Source of the DNA: an uncultured Gammaproteobacteria bacterium
GTDB lineage: Bacteria; Patescibacteriota; Microgenomatia; UBA1406; HO2-37-13b
Direction of reading: 5' to 3'
Assembly: GCA_964612595.1 (NCBI GenBank)
Contig: CAZTFB010000001.1
Location: forward strand, 323,058 to 387,057
Length of the DNA stretch: 64,000 nucleotides
The position numbers and the translations under genes were made by a program. The notes under the pieces are model-generated. The model saw nothing but the letters and a program-made list of their open reading frames with translations, had not been told where the DNA came from and ran no database searches. This document shows, piece by piece, positions 28,807 to 37,129 of the stretch (position 1 is the first letter of the stretch; every line of letters begins with the position of its first letter).

Positions 28807-29343
28807 TTAGTCAACAAAAACTAACCCCATTTCTTCTAAAAGCTTTCGGGCATGATCATCTGAAGTAGCAGATGTCACAAGAGTGATCTCTAACCCTCTA
28901 ATCTTGTCTATTTTATCATAATCTATCTCAGGAAACAGGGTCTGATCAGATATACCAATATTTAGATTTCCCCTACCATCAAGACTCTTTGCAGGAATAC
29001 CTCTAAAGTCACGAATACGTGGTAAGACAATTTTCAGAAACTTCTCAAGGAAATCATACATACGATCGCCTCGGAGCGTTACTTTGGCGCCTATAGGCAT
29101 ACCCTTTCTAATTTTAAATGCGGCGACCGATTTACGTGCATGTGCGACAATTGGTTTTTGACCAGCAATCTGTCCAAGATCACTCAGAACATGCTCAACA
29201 GATGCTTTACTTGTAGATCCCTCACCGTTTCCGACATTCAACACAACTTTCTGAATTTTAGGAACAAGGTGTTTATTTTTAAGGCCCAACTCCTTGTACA
29301 GTTTATCGAAAACCTCTTTGTTGTAATATTCTTTTAGTTTCAT
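28807..29343 (-). CDS. rplE: 50S ribosomal protein L5
   Basis: 178-aa ORF with the MKLKEYY start and FRGIPAKSLDGRGNLNIGI. Confidence 0.9.
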   Translation of the reverse strand: MKLKEYYNKEVFDKLYKELGLKNKHLVPKIQKVVLNVGNGEGSTSKASVEHVLSDLGQIAGQKPIVAHARKSVAAFKIRKGMPIGAKVTLRGDRMYDFLEKFLKIVLPRIRDFRGIPAKSLDGRGNLNIGISDQTLFPEIDYDKIDKIRGLEITLVTSATSDDHARKLLEEMGLVFVD

Positions 29344-29349
29344 AATATG

Positions 29350-29658
29350 TTATTTAATTCTTTCGTTTGTCTTTCGTTCTACGCGGAATTTTTTATCTCC
29401 TTCGATAACAAATCCAACTCTTGTCACTTTCTTTGTGGATGAACTTACTAACATGACATTCGATACATCGAGTGCACGAGGCATTTCTATAATGCCACCT
29501 TCTGGAAATTGTTCACTTTTCTTTACATGTCGTTTGTAAATATTTAGACCGGGGATCAATACCTTATTTTTGTTTTCATACACTCGTTCTACAACTCCTT
29601 CTTTACCCTTATCTTTCCCGGTAATTATGCGAACTTTATCGCCTTTTCTAATTTTCAT
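29350..29658 (-). CDS. rplX: 50S ribosomal protein L24
   Basis: Track ORF 29350-29688. The internal ATG at 29658 gives MKIRKGDKVRIITGKDKGKEG, the canonical KOW start. Confidence 0.85.
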   Translation of the reverse strand: MKIRKGDKVRIITGKDKGKEGVVERVYENKNKVLIPGLNIYKRHVKKSEQFPEGGIIEMPRALDVSNVMLVSSSTKKVTRVGFVIEGDKKFRVERKTNERIK

Positions 29659-29659
29659 A

Positions 29660-30034
29660 TTAGTAAATTTCTGATGCCAAACTTGCAATCTTATTGAAAG
29701 CTCTTTCTTTTACTTCTCGTGCGAGCGGTCCGAAATAGCGCGTTCCCTTAGGATCCTTCGAATCTTTTGCCGTCAAGATTACACATGCATTGTCATCAAA
29801 GCGCACATAACTTCCATCTTTTCTTCGTGTTTCTTTTTTTGTGCGAACTACAACCGCATGTACAACCTCACCCTTCTTGACTTGACCATAAGGATCTGCT
29901 TTTTTTACAACCGCTGTCACAATGTCACCAATATGAGCAATTTTCATATTGCCACGACCAGGTATACCCACTATATAGGCTTGTTTTGCTCCACTGTTAT
30001 CCGCAACATTCATTACCGATCGTAACTGCAACAT
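29660..30034 (-). CDS. rplN: 50S ribosomal protein L14
   Basis: 124-aa ORF with MLQLRSVMNVADNSGAK. Confidence 0.9.
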   Translation of the reverse strand: MLQLRSVMNVADNSGAKQAYIVGIPGRGNMKIAHIGDIVTAVVKKADPYGQVKKGEVVHAVVVRTKKETRRKDGSYVRFDDNACVILTAKDSKDPKGTRYFGPLAREVKERAFNKIASLASEIY

Positions 30035-30040
30035 GTTCTT

Positions 30041-30274
30041 TTAGTGTTTTTTAATAACTTTAAACTGCTTATCTTTAGATATTGGTCGTGTTTCTTCGAT
30101 GTCTACAACATCACCATCTTGAACGGCTATCGTGCCATCCAAATGAGCTTTAAATTTTTTATGCTTTTTCAAAATCTTATGGTAAAGTCTGTGCTTGTAT
30201 GCTTTTTCTACTTCTACAACAGCAGTCTTCTCCATTTTTGTCGACACTACTTTTCCGGTTAATACTTTTGGCAT
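30041..30274 (-). CDS. rpsQ: 30S ribosomal protein S17
   Basis: 77-aa ORF with LTGKVVSTKMEKTAVVEVE. Confidence 0.9.
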   Translation of the reverse strand: MPKVLTGKVVSTKMEKTAVVEVEKAYKHRLYHKILKKHKKFKAHLDGTIAVQDGDVVDIEETRPISKDKQFKVIKKH

Positions 30275-30275
30275 G

Positions 30276-30473
30276 TTATTTCGATTTCTCGTTAATAATT
30301 GTTAACGTTACTGCAAGCTCTTGTTTTTTTAAACTAAGAGCATTGGTATTCTTAGGTTTATTTACAGATCCCTCAATACTCATATGGGCAATGTCTTCTC
30401 TCAGCTTTTGTGCAGTAAGCATTAGCTCCTGCGCGCTTTGATCTCTCAATTTTTGTACTGCCTTTGTTTTCAT
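30276..30473 (-). CDS. rpmC: 50S ribosomal protein L29
   Basis: 65-aa ORF at the canonical position between rplP and rpsQ. Helical, Lys/Glu-rich. Confidence 0.8.
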   Translation of the reverse strand: MKTKAVQKLRDQSAQELMLTAQKLREDIAHMSIEGSVNKPKNTNALSLKKQELAVTLTIINEKSK

Positions 30474-30880
30474 ATGTGTCGTTCTACCAATTTAGTTTTA
30501 ACCCCTAATTTCGACGTTAAGTTTTTATGCATTTTTTTTGCTGCTTCATCGTCGAGTCCTTCCAGCTCGAATAATATTCGTCCAGGTACAACGATTGCAA
30601 CATAATGTGAAACATCTCCTTTTCCAGCTCCCATCGTTACCTCTGGGGGTTTCTTTGTATAAGGTCTGTCTGGAAAAATTCTCATCCAAAATCTACCTGA
30701 TTTTCTTGTTGCTCTCGCCATAACAACACGACATGCTTCGATTTGGCGATCAGTTATCATCCCACTATCAAGCGTCTTGATACCGACGGTACCAAAATTT
30801 ACATGATTTCCCTTAATTGCGGTTCTTCTATAGATTCCGCGAAACTGTCTCCTATGTTTTAATCGTTTTGGTTGTAACAT
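30470..30880 (-). CDS. rplP: 50S ribosomal protein L16
   Basis: 136-aa ORF with MLQPKRLKHRRQFRG. Confidence 0.9.
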   Translation of the reverse strand: MLQPKRLKHRRQFRGIYRRTAIKGNHVNFGTVGIKTLDSGMITDRQIEACRVVMARATRKSGRFWMRIFPDRPYTKKPPEVTMGAGKGDVSHYVAIVVPGRILFELEGLDDEAAKKMHKNLTSKLGVKTKLVERHI

Positions 30881-30883
30881 ACG

Positions 30884-31540
30884 TTATTCTTCTTCTGGTT
30901 TTCTTGCGATCCAAACTTTTACTCCTACATAGCCTGATTTTGTTAATGCAGGGTAGGTTGCAAAATCAACATCTTCTCTTAAGGTAGAAACCGGAATCGT
31001 GCCTTCATGATATTTTTCTGATCGTGCGATTGTTGCTCCTCGAATTCTTCCACCGATCTGGATCTTAATTCCTTTCGCACCTGCTTCAATAACTTTCTCC
31101 ATAGTGTGATGAATTACCGCTCTATGAGGAAGATTTCTCTCAATCTTAGAACCCAAGTCGTATGCAATGTAATATGCGTTCAAATGTGGCTTTTTTACAG
31201 GTTCGATTCTTAATTCAATTTTCATTTTATCTTTTTCAACTTTGTCTTGACCAATACTGTCAACAATAAATTTCTTTACATCTTCCAAACCTTTTCCGCC
31301 GCGACCGATAATCATACCAGGCTTCACAGCATGAATAATCACAACGATTTTATTAATAGCTCTTTCTATTTCTACACGTGTAATAAGAGCGAAATTAAAC
31401 TTTTTAAAGATGCCTTTTCGAATCACAACATCGGAAATAAGGTTGTCTTTAAATGTTCTTTTATCAGGGAACATCCATCGGGAATCCCAGGTTCTTGTGA
31501 TCCCCATTCTGAAACCGATTGGATTAACTTTTTGTCCCAT
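30884..31540 (-). CDS. rpsC: 30S ribosomal protein S3
   Basis: Track ORF 30884-31591. The internal ATG at 31540 gives the canonical MGQKVNPIGFRMG start. Confidence 0.9.
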   Translation of the reverse strand: MGQKVNPIGFRMGITRTWDSRWMFPDKRTFKDNLISDVVIRKGIFKKFNFALITRVEIERAINKIVVIIHAVKPGMIIGRGGKGLEDVKKFIVDSIGQDKVEKDKMKIELRIEPVKKPHLNAYYIAYDLGSKIERNLPHRAVIHHTMEKVIEAGAKGIKIQIGGRIRGATIARSEKYHEGTIPVSTLREDVDFATYPALTKSGYVGVKVWIARKPEEE

Positions 31541-31541
31541 A

Positions 31542-31976
31542 TTATGATTTTTTTGTAACTTTTTTCTCTGTCTTTTTTTCTTCGTCAACAACGACAGCTT
31601 CTATAACCTCAGACTTAACTTCTGCGACTTTTGCTTTCTTTCCTTCTCTTTCAGTAATTACAACCGTAATATGTGATGTTTTTCTCTTATACGGTTTGCC
31701 TGTTCCACGTGAGCCGGCTCGATATCTCTTGAGGTAGATACCTTCATCGATTGAGAGTGTCTTAAACTCCATCTTCTCAGGAAGCATATTATAAACTGTT
31801 TTTCCATTATCTACAGCTGATTTTATTGCTTTCCAAAGAATCTTGGCTGATCGCTTCTGGCTAAGGCTCAAATAGTCAAGAGCAACGGCTGGTTTCATAG
31901 CTTTGACAGAACCAGTTAAAAATCGCAATTTTCTTGGTGAAATTTTATTATGTTTTATTGTTGCTTTAGCTTCCAT
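31542..31976 (-). CDS. rplV: 50S ribosomal protein L22 (charged C-terminal extension)
   Basis: 144-aa ORF with KISPRKLRFL and RAGSRGTGKPYKRKTSHITVV. It starts 8 nt after the rplB stop. Confidence 0.9.
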   Translation of the reverse strand: MEAKATIKHNKISPRKLRFLTGSVKAMKPAVALDYLSLSQKRSAKILWKAIKSAVDNGKTVYNMLPEKMEFKTLSIDEGIYLKRYRAGSRGTGKPYKRKTSHITVVITEREGKKAKVAEVKSEVIEAVVVDEEKKTEKKVTKKS

Positions 31977-31984
31977 AGGTTTAG

Positions 31985-32752
31985 TTACTTACTTCTCCTT
32001 TTAACAACTAATTTATCACTGTATTTTGGCTTTCTTGTACGCGTACCTCTTGCCGACTTACCCCATGGTGTTTTAGGATGCATACCTTGACCACTCTTAC
32101 CCTCACCACCACCATGTGGATGTGAACGAGGATTCTGAGCTACTCCACGAACGGTAGGTCGAATACCCATATGACGACTTCTTCCTGCTTTACCAATATT
32201 CTCTAGTTTATGTTCAATATTGCTGATGCGACCTATTGTCGCCATACTATTTATGAGAATTTTTCGTACTTCTTTTGATGGAAGCTTTACATCAGCATAT
32301 TTCTCATCTTTGGCAACAAGCACCGCGCTTGATCCAGCACTTTTTACGATTTTACCTCCCTTACCAGGGTACAGTTCAATATTGTGAATCTCAACACCAA
32401 GGGGAATGGAGCTAAGAGGTAGCGCACATCCAGGTCGCATGTTGTCTACAACACCAGATGTAACAATATCTCCTACTTGCATTCCTTCAGCATGCAACAC
32501 ATAGCGTCGCTCACCATCAGTATATTCGATCAAAGCAATGTTCGCCGTTCTGTTTGGATCATACTCAATTCGCAAAACAGTTCCTTCAACACCAGTCTTG
32601 TCACGTTTAAAATCAATCATGCGATAAAATCTCTTTTGTCGTCCACCTTGATGTCGCACAGAAACCTTTCCTGTATTATCTCTACCCGACTTTTTGGGGA
32701 GAATGTACGTCAAGTTTTTCTCTGGTTTTGTATTTGAAAATCGCATTTGCAT
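31985..32752 (-). CDS. rplB: 50S ribosomal protein L2
   Basis: 255-aa ORF with EYDPNRTANIALIEYTDGERRY and GGGEGKS. Confidence 0.9.
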   Translation of the reverse strand: MQMRFSNTKPEKNLTYILPKKSGRDNTGKVSVRHQGGRQKRFYRMIDFKRDKTGVEGTVLRIEYDPNRTANIALIEYTDGERRYVLHAEGMQVGDIVTSGVVDNMRPGCALPLSSIPLGVEIHNIELYPGKGGKIVKSAGSSAVLVAKDEKYADVKLPSKEVRKILINSMATIGRISNIEHKLENIGKAGRSRHMGIRPTVRGVAQNPRSHPHGGGEGKSGQGMHPKTPWGKSARGTRTRKPKYSDKLVVKRRSK

Positions 32753-32753
32753 A

Positions 32754-33047
32754 TTACTGTGTTGAACTTGGAACGATACTAATTGATCCTTTCTTCAAGG
32801 TTATGTACATTTTTTTAACGTCAGGTAGTTGTGTTGTTCTGAGTCTTCGTCCCACTCTTCGCGTTTTTCCTTTTTTTGTTGTCGAGGTGATGCGAGACAC
32901 TTCTACTTTAAATATCTTCTCAATAACTTCTTTAACTTGATGTTTTGTTGCTTCTTTTGCCACCTGGAACACATACACATTTTGTGCATTGCCCCCTAAG
33001 GCCTTTTCTGTAACAACTGGTTTAATTAACACATCTTGTATTCTCAT
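32754..33047 (-). CDS. rplW: 50S ribosomal protein L23
   Basis: 97-aa ORF with LIKPVVTEKA and the canonical position. Confidence 0.85.
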   Translation of the reverse strand: MRIQDVLIKPVVTEKALGGNAQNVYVFQVAKEATKHQVKEVIEKIFKVEVSRITSTTKKGKTRRVGRRLRTTQLPDVKKMYITLKKGSISIVPSSTQ

Positions 33048-33742
33048 TTTGCAAATCCTCTAAATTGTATGAACTCATTCAAACCGTCTTCAGTAAATAA
33101 TACTTTCTTTGCTTTTATAGTTTCGTACGCATTTAGAAGATGGCATTCAGTAGTTTCAACAGACTTTAGGTTTCTCAGACCTAGTATGAAACCAGCATCC
33201 TTATCTTTAGTACCATACACAAAGAGTACTCTTGTTTTTTCATCTGATCCCCACTTCTTAAGAGCTCCATTAAGCTCTTTAGTTTTACCGGAAAATGAGG
33301 ATGCGTCTTTTATGACCATAATGCCATTGTCTTTTCTTTTCAAAGTCAAACTCGTATAGAGAGCTTTCTGACGTTGTTTCTTATTAAGTTTAAGAGTGTA
33401 GGATTGTGGCACAATGCCGTGAGCAACACCTCCACCAACAAAAATTGGAGCAGATTTTGCTCCATGGCGAGCTCGTCCCGTACCCTTTTGCTTATATATT
33501 TTTTTTGTCGATGCATTCACTTCGGATCGTGTCTTTGTTTTGTGTGTCCCTTGGCGCTGATTAGCTAAATATACGCGCACATACTGTGCAAGAAGCCTAT
33601 CAGAACCATTCACATTGAAAATACCTTCGGGAACAGCTACTTTTCCTGCCTCAACACCATCCGATGTAAAGAGATTAAGATGTAATCCCTTATCGGATAC
33701 TGCTTTCTTTTCTATTTTTGATGTTTTAGTTTCAATTGCCAT
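33044..33742 (-). CDS. rplD: 50S ribosomal protein L4
   Basis: 232-aa ORF with KQKGTGRARHG. Confidence 0.9.
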   Translation of the reverse strand: MAIETKTSKIEKKAVSDKGLHLNLFTSDGVEAGKVAVPEGIFNVNGSDRLLAQYVRVYLANQRQGTHKTKTRSEVNASTKKIYKQKGTGRARHGAKSAPIFVGGGVAHGIVPQSYTLKLNKKQRQKALYTSLTLKRKDNGIMVIKDASSFSGKTKELNGALKKWGSDEKTRVLFVYGTKDKDAGFILGLRNLKSVETTECHLLNAYETIKAKKVLFTEDGLNEFIQFRGFAK

Positions 33743-33745
33743 GGA

Positions 33746-34561
33746 TTATTTTTCAACTTCTTCTGTAACTTTAGGCTCATCAGTTGTCACTTCTGGTTCA
33801 GCTACCATTTCTTTTTCAACTTGGACTTCAGGTTCAGCTTGAACTTCTTCTACCACCTCGACTTCTTCAATTGCAGGCATTGCAACGGCATTCGCTGATG
33901 CAATGGTAATAAGGGTATCTTTGGCTCCTGGGATAAGGCCTTTAATAAGCAAGCCATCCTCAAGGACATCGGTCACTAATAGGTTTTTTACCGTTGTCAT
34001 ATCAAATCCCATACGTCCTGCCATTCTTTTACCTTTATATACACGACCAGGAGTAGTACCTTGTCCAATGGATCCAGGTGCTCTCTCACGATCAGATTGG
34101 CCATGTGTTCGGGGGCCACCTGCAAACTTATGTCGTTTCACAACACCTTGGAATCCTTTACCTTTTGACTTTCCGGCCACTGTTACGAGGTCGCCTTTTG
34201 CAAAATGTGAAGATGGGACCTCGTCACCAACCATAAATGTTGTTTCGCCGACTTTCAGTCCTTTTTTCTTACCGTCCTCGACAAGCTCTGCTGTTGCAAT
34301 GCGAACTTCCTTTAAAAAACGAAGCGGGGCTTTTACCCCCGCTTTTTTTAATATTCCTTGTGTTGGCTTGGAAATATTTTTTATATTCTTAACCTTTCCA
34401 AATGCAAGCTGAATTCCCCAGTAACCATGTTTATCCATAGTTCTCACATTCACCACGTGACATGGACTTGTTTTCACAAACGTTACCGGCATGCGATCTC
34501 CTCCATCGGAAAATACCTGTGAAGTACTACCCTTTGTACCGAGAATGAACTTGGCGATCAT
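33746..34561 (-). CDS. rplC: 50S ribosomal protein L3 with an acidic C-terminal tail of about 60 aa
   Basis: 271-aa ORF with FKGKGFQGVVKRHKFAGGPRTHGQS. The tail is EEVEVVEEVQAEPEVQVEKEMVAEPEVTTDEPKVTEEVEK. Confidence 0.9.
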   Translation of the reverse strand: MIAKFILGTKGSTSQVFSDGGDRMPVTFVKTSPCHVVNVRTMDKHGYWGIQLAFGKVKNIKNISKPTQGILKKAGVKAPLRFLKEVRIATAELVEDGKKKGLKVGETTFMVGDEVPSSHFAKGDLVTVAGKSKGKGFQGVVKRHKFAGGPRTHGQSDRERAPGSIGQGTTPGRVYKGKRMAGRMGFDMTTVKNLLVTDVLEDGLLIKGLIPGAKDTLITIASANAVAMPAIEEVEVVEEVQAEPEVQVEKEMVAEPEVTTDEPKVTEEVEK

Positions 34562-34668
34562 AGACTTTTTTTAAAACAAAAAACCCCAGATTGGGGCTTT
34601 TAAGAAGCGTGTCCAATCTGTTGCTGCTATGTACAAAATGCTGAGTGTTGCATTAGGCAAAACATGCA
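34562..34668 (-). promoter_or_regulatory. rplC leader with an alternative (antiterminator) pairing and a 12-codon uORF
   Basis: CAGAUUGG (34620-34613) is the exact complement of CCAAUCUG (34594-34587) inside the terminator. The uORF ATG at 34665 to TAG at 34627 encodes MFCLMQHSAFCT. Confidence 0.45.
34573..34600 (-). terminator. Intrinsic terminator-like hairpin 20 nt upstream of the rplC ATG (candidate attenuator)
   Basis: Minus-strand RNA reads AAAAGCCCCA-AUC-UGGGGUUUUUUGUUUU. The core stem is 34596-34592 / 34588-34584, and A/U pairs can extend it. Confidence 0.6.
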
Positions 34669-34674
34669 AACTGC

Positions 34675-34703
34675 ATTATATAATAACTTGTAATACAAGT
34701 CAA
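34675..34703 (-). promoter_or_regulatory. Consensus-like sigma70 promoter for the rplC...rpsI unit, overlapping the ATPase stop codon
   Basis: Minus strand: TTGACT (34703-34698), 17-nt spacer, TATAAT (34680-34675). Confidence 0.6.
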
Positions 34704-37096
34704 CGCACATCTAACTTAAAGTAGCGCATTATCGCTTTCAATCCTTCCACTAGGAAACAAACCGCTATTACTCCTACAACGATGTATAACCACTCCGATA
34801 CTAGCAGAGGTACAGTGTTGATAATAAACTGCAATGATGTGAGTTGAATAACAAAAAGTTGGATTAATACACCCACGCTCACAGCCATCAGAAGAGGAAG
34901 GTTGTTGAACGGGGATACTTTCCATATTGGTAATAACAACGTCCTCACAGGAAAGATAATAAACATCGTTGAAAGGGCAATATAACTAAATACTGCGGTA
35001 CGAGCAACCTCAAGAGAAGAAACATCTAAGAAATGAGTATATATCAAGAGTCCAATACTGCCAATAATAATGCTTACACATAAGGTAAATGCCAAAATAG
35101 GAAGACTAAAAAGAGCACTTTGTGATCTTGGAAAGTTTCGCGCTCGAGAAACATCGTGAGGTTCAAATGTGAGAGCAAGAGCAGGAAGTCCATCGGTAAT
35201 TATATTGATCCATAAAATCTGAGCAGCAGTCAGTGCGACAGGTAACCCCATAAGAATGGTCCCTACTACAAGCATAATCTGACTCAAACTATCTGATAAC
35301 AAGTAAAGTATGACTTTTTGAATATTATCAAAGATTCCCCTGCCTTCTTGTACCGCCTGCACTATAGTTCTAAAATTTGAGTCAAGTAGGACCATGTCTG
35401 CTGTCTCTTTTGCCACATCAGATGCTTCACCAACCACTACCCCCAAATGCGAGGCTTTAAGGGCTAATGCATCGTTAACACCATCGCCAATGAGGGCAAC
35501 GATTTCACCTCGTTTTTGCAATGCTTCCACAAGCTGAAGTTTTTGTTGTGGAGATACTCTTGCACAGATATCTACAGTACTAATACGTTCTAATACTTCC
35601 TTATCCGTCATTTTATCTAATTCTTCACCAGTTACTGCAATTATTTCCCTATCATGTCCGTTTGTAACCTGTCGCCACACTGCTTCAGCAGTACCAATAT
35701 AGTCTCCAGTTATCATGACGACTCGAATACCGGCACGAAAACAATCTTCAAATACTTTTACCAAACCTTTTCTTACTGGATCTTCAATGGCAATAAGGCC
35801 AATCCATGTATATTTAGTGTGTTTTGGACTTTTTTTTGCAAAAGCTATAATGCGTAATCCTTTCTTTGACCATTCGGCGACTTGATCTAGAATTTTCTTC
35901 TTCTCTGAACCGGTAATTTTTGCGAATTTTAATACAACTTCGGGGGCACCTTTTAGATACGTCGTGTGGTCTATTGTCACACTCATATATTTGTTGATAC
36001 TATCGAAGGGGACCTCTTTTTGACGTAAAATGTGTTTGTTGCGCGCTTCAGGATCAACATTATTTTTCGATACCCAATCCCATAACGCAAACTCGATTGG
36101 ATCATCAAGGTTATTAGCATAACAGGCAACATCAAGTGCATCGTCTAAATTTTTGATCTGCGTTTCAGTGACACGCATGATACCTTCGGTCAATGTGCCT
36201 GTTTTGTCTGTGGCAATTACAGTAACAGATCCTAATGCTTCAGCTGCAACGAGTCTTCGAACTAATGCCTTTTTCTTTAAGATGCGTTGCATACCAAGGG
36301 ATAAGATAACCGTTAAAGAGATGGTGAGCCCTTCTGGAATTGCAGATACTGCCAGTGCAACTGATGTTACAAACATGTTACGAAATGGTTGACCTTGAAG
36401 TATGCCAATAATGAATACACAGAGTGAGATACCTAACACTGCAAAAGCTATGGCCTTACCTAACGAATGAATGCGTACCTGAAGTGGTGTGAGTGTTTCC
36501 TTTGTCTCAGATAACTGCTCAGCAATCGAACCCATTTTTGTTGATACGCCTGTTGCCGTTACCTTAAATAATGCCCTCCCTGTAACAACCGTCGTCCCCA
36601 TATACACCATATCCTTGTCTCTTTTACGCACTGCAACACTCTCTCCAGTTAGTATAGACTCATTAGTGGAAAGCTGCACTGATTCAATTAAGATACCATC
36701 AGCAGGTACTTTGTCGCCTTGGTGCAACACCACAATATCTTCTGGAACCACAAGTTGTACCGGAATTTTTAGAAGATCACCACTCCTATATACCTTTGCA
36801 ACTGGCTGGAGAATATTCTTCAATGCGTTGAGTGCATTCTCTGCTTTGGTCTCTTGGTAATAGCCAAGGAGCGTATTTATAAAGACCGCCATGAATATTA
36901 TCAAGGCGTCTGTATAGTCACTTAATAAATAGGTAATAACACCTGCTATAACAAGAATGTAAATGAGAGGAGAGGTGAATTGACGAGTAAAATGAGAAAG
37001 GGCAGACAATTTTTTCTTTGCGGGGAGTTTATTTTCACCAAATGCCTGAAGTTGTTTCTGTGCGTAGTCTCTTGTCAGTCCTCTATGCTCTATCAT
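34700..37096 (-). CDS. Cation-transporting P-type ATPase (P2/Ca2+-type motifs)
   Basis: 798-aa ORF with TGES, DKTGTLT, PEGL, MITGD and GDGVNDALALK motifs and about 10 TM segments. Confidence 0.85.
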   Translation of the reverse strand: MIEHRGLTRDYAQKQLQAFGENKLPAKKKLSALSHFTRQFTSPLIYILVIAGVITYLLSDYTDALIIFMAVFINTLLGYYQETKAENALNALKNILQPVAKVYRSGDLLKIPVQLVVPEDIVVLHQGDKVPADGILIESVQLSTNESILTGESVAVRKRDKDMVYMGTTVVTGRALFKVTATGVSTKMGSIAEQLSETKETLTPLQVRIHSLGKAIAFAVLGISLCVFIIGILQGQPFRNMFVTSVALAVSAIPEGLTISLTVILSLGMQRILKKKALVRRLVAAEALGSVTVIATDKTGTLTEGIMRVTETQIKNLDDALDVACYANNLDDPIEFALWDWVSKNNVDPEARNKHILRQKEVPFDSINKYMSVTIDHTTYLKGAPEVVLKFAKITGSEKKKILDQVAEWSKKGLRIIAFAKKSPKHTKYTWIGLIAIEDPVRKGLVKVFEDCFRAGIRVVMITGDYIGTAEAVWRQVTNGHDREIIAVTGEELDKMTDKEVLERISTVDICARVSPQQKLQLVEALQKRGEIVALIGDGVNDALALKASHLGVVVGEASDVAKETADMVLLDSNFRTIVQAVQEGRGIFDNIQKVILYLLSDSLSQIMLVVGTILMGLPVALTAAQILWINIITDGLPALALTFEPHDVSRARNFPRSQSALFSLPILAFTLCVSIIIGSIGLLIYTHFLDVSSLEVARTAVFSYIALSTMFIIFPVRTLLLPIWKVSPFNNLPLLMAVSVGVLIQLFVIQLTSLQFIINTVPLLVSEWLYIVVGVIAVCFLVEGLKAIMRYFKLDVR

Positions 37097-37102
37097 GATT
37101 TG

Positions 37103-37108
37103 ATTATA
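37103..37108 (-). promoter_or_regulatory. -10 box TATAAT 6 nt upstream of the ATPase ATG (leaderless candidate)
   Basis: Minus strand: tttggtTATAATcaaatcATG, with a possible -35 TAGACT 18 nt upstream. Confidence 0.4.
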
Positions 37109-37129
37109 ACCAAATCAGACAAAGTAAGT

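Noticed and set aside
33903-34412. 169-aa plus-strand ORF antisense to rplC. Similar long antisense ORFs occur at 57929-58459 in rpoB, 36489-36860 in the ATPase gene, 4742-5140 in the PBP gene and 14080-14439 in the 712-aa protein gene.
   Set aside because: They lie entirely inside strongly supported genes on the other strand. They have low-complexity Ser/Pro/Thr-rich translations typical of shadow frames, and no start context or -10 box. I treat them as frame artefacts.
34643-34669. Hairpin UUGCAU-N10-AUGCAA at the 5' end of the rplC leader.
   Set aside because: It is a perfect 6-bp inverted repeat, but the predicted TSS (about 34668) would clip its left arm and it overlaps the uORF start. 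I cannot decide whether it forms, so it is not called as a feature.
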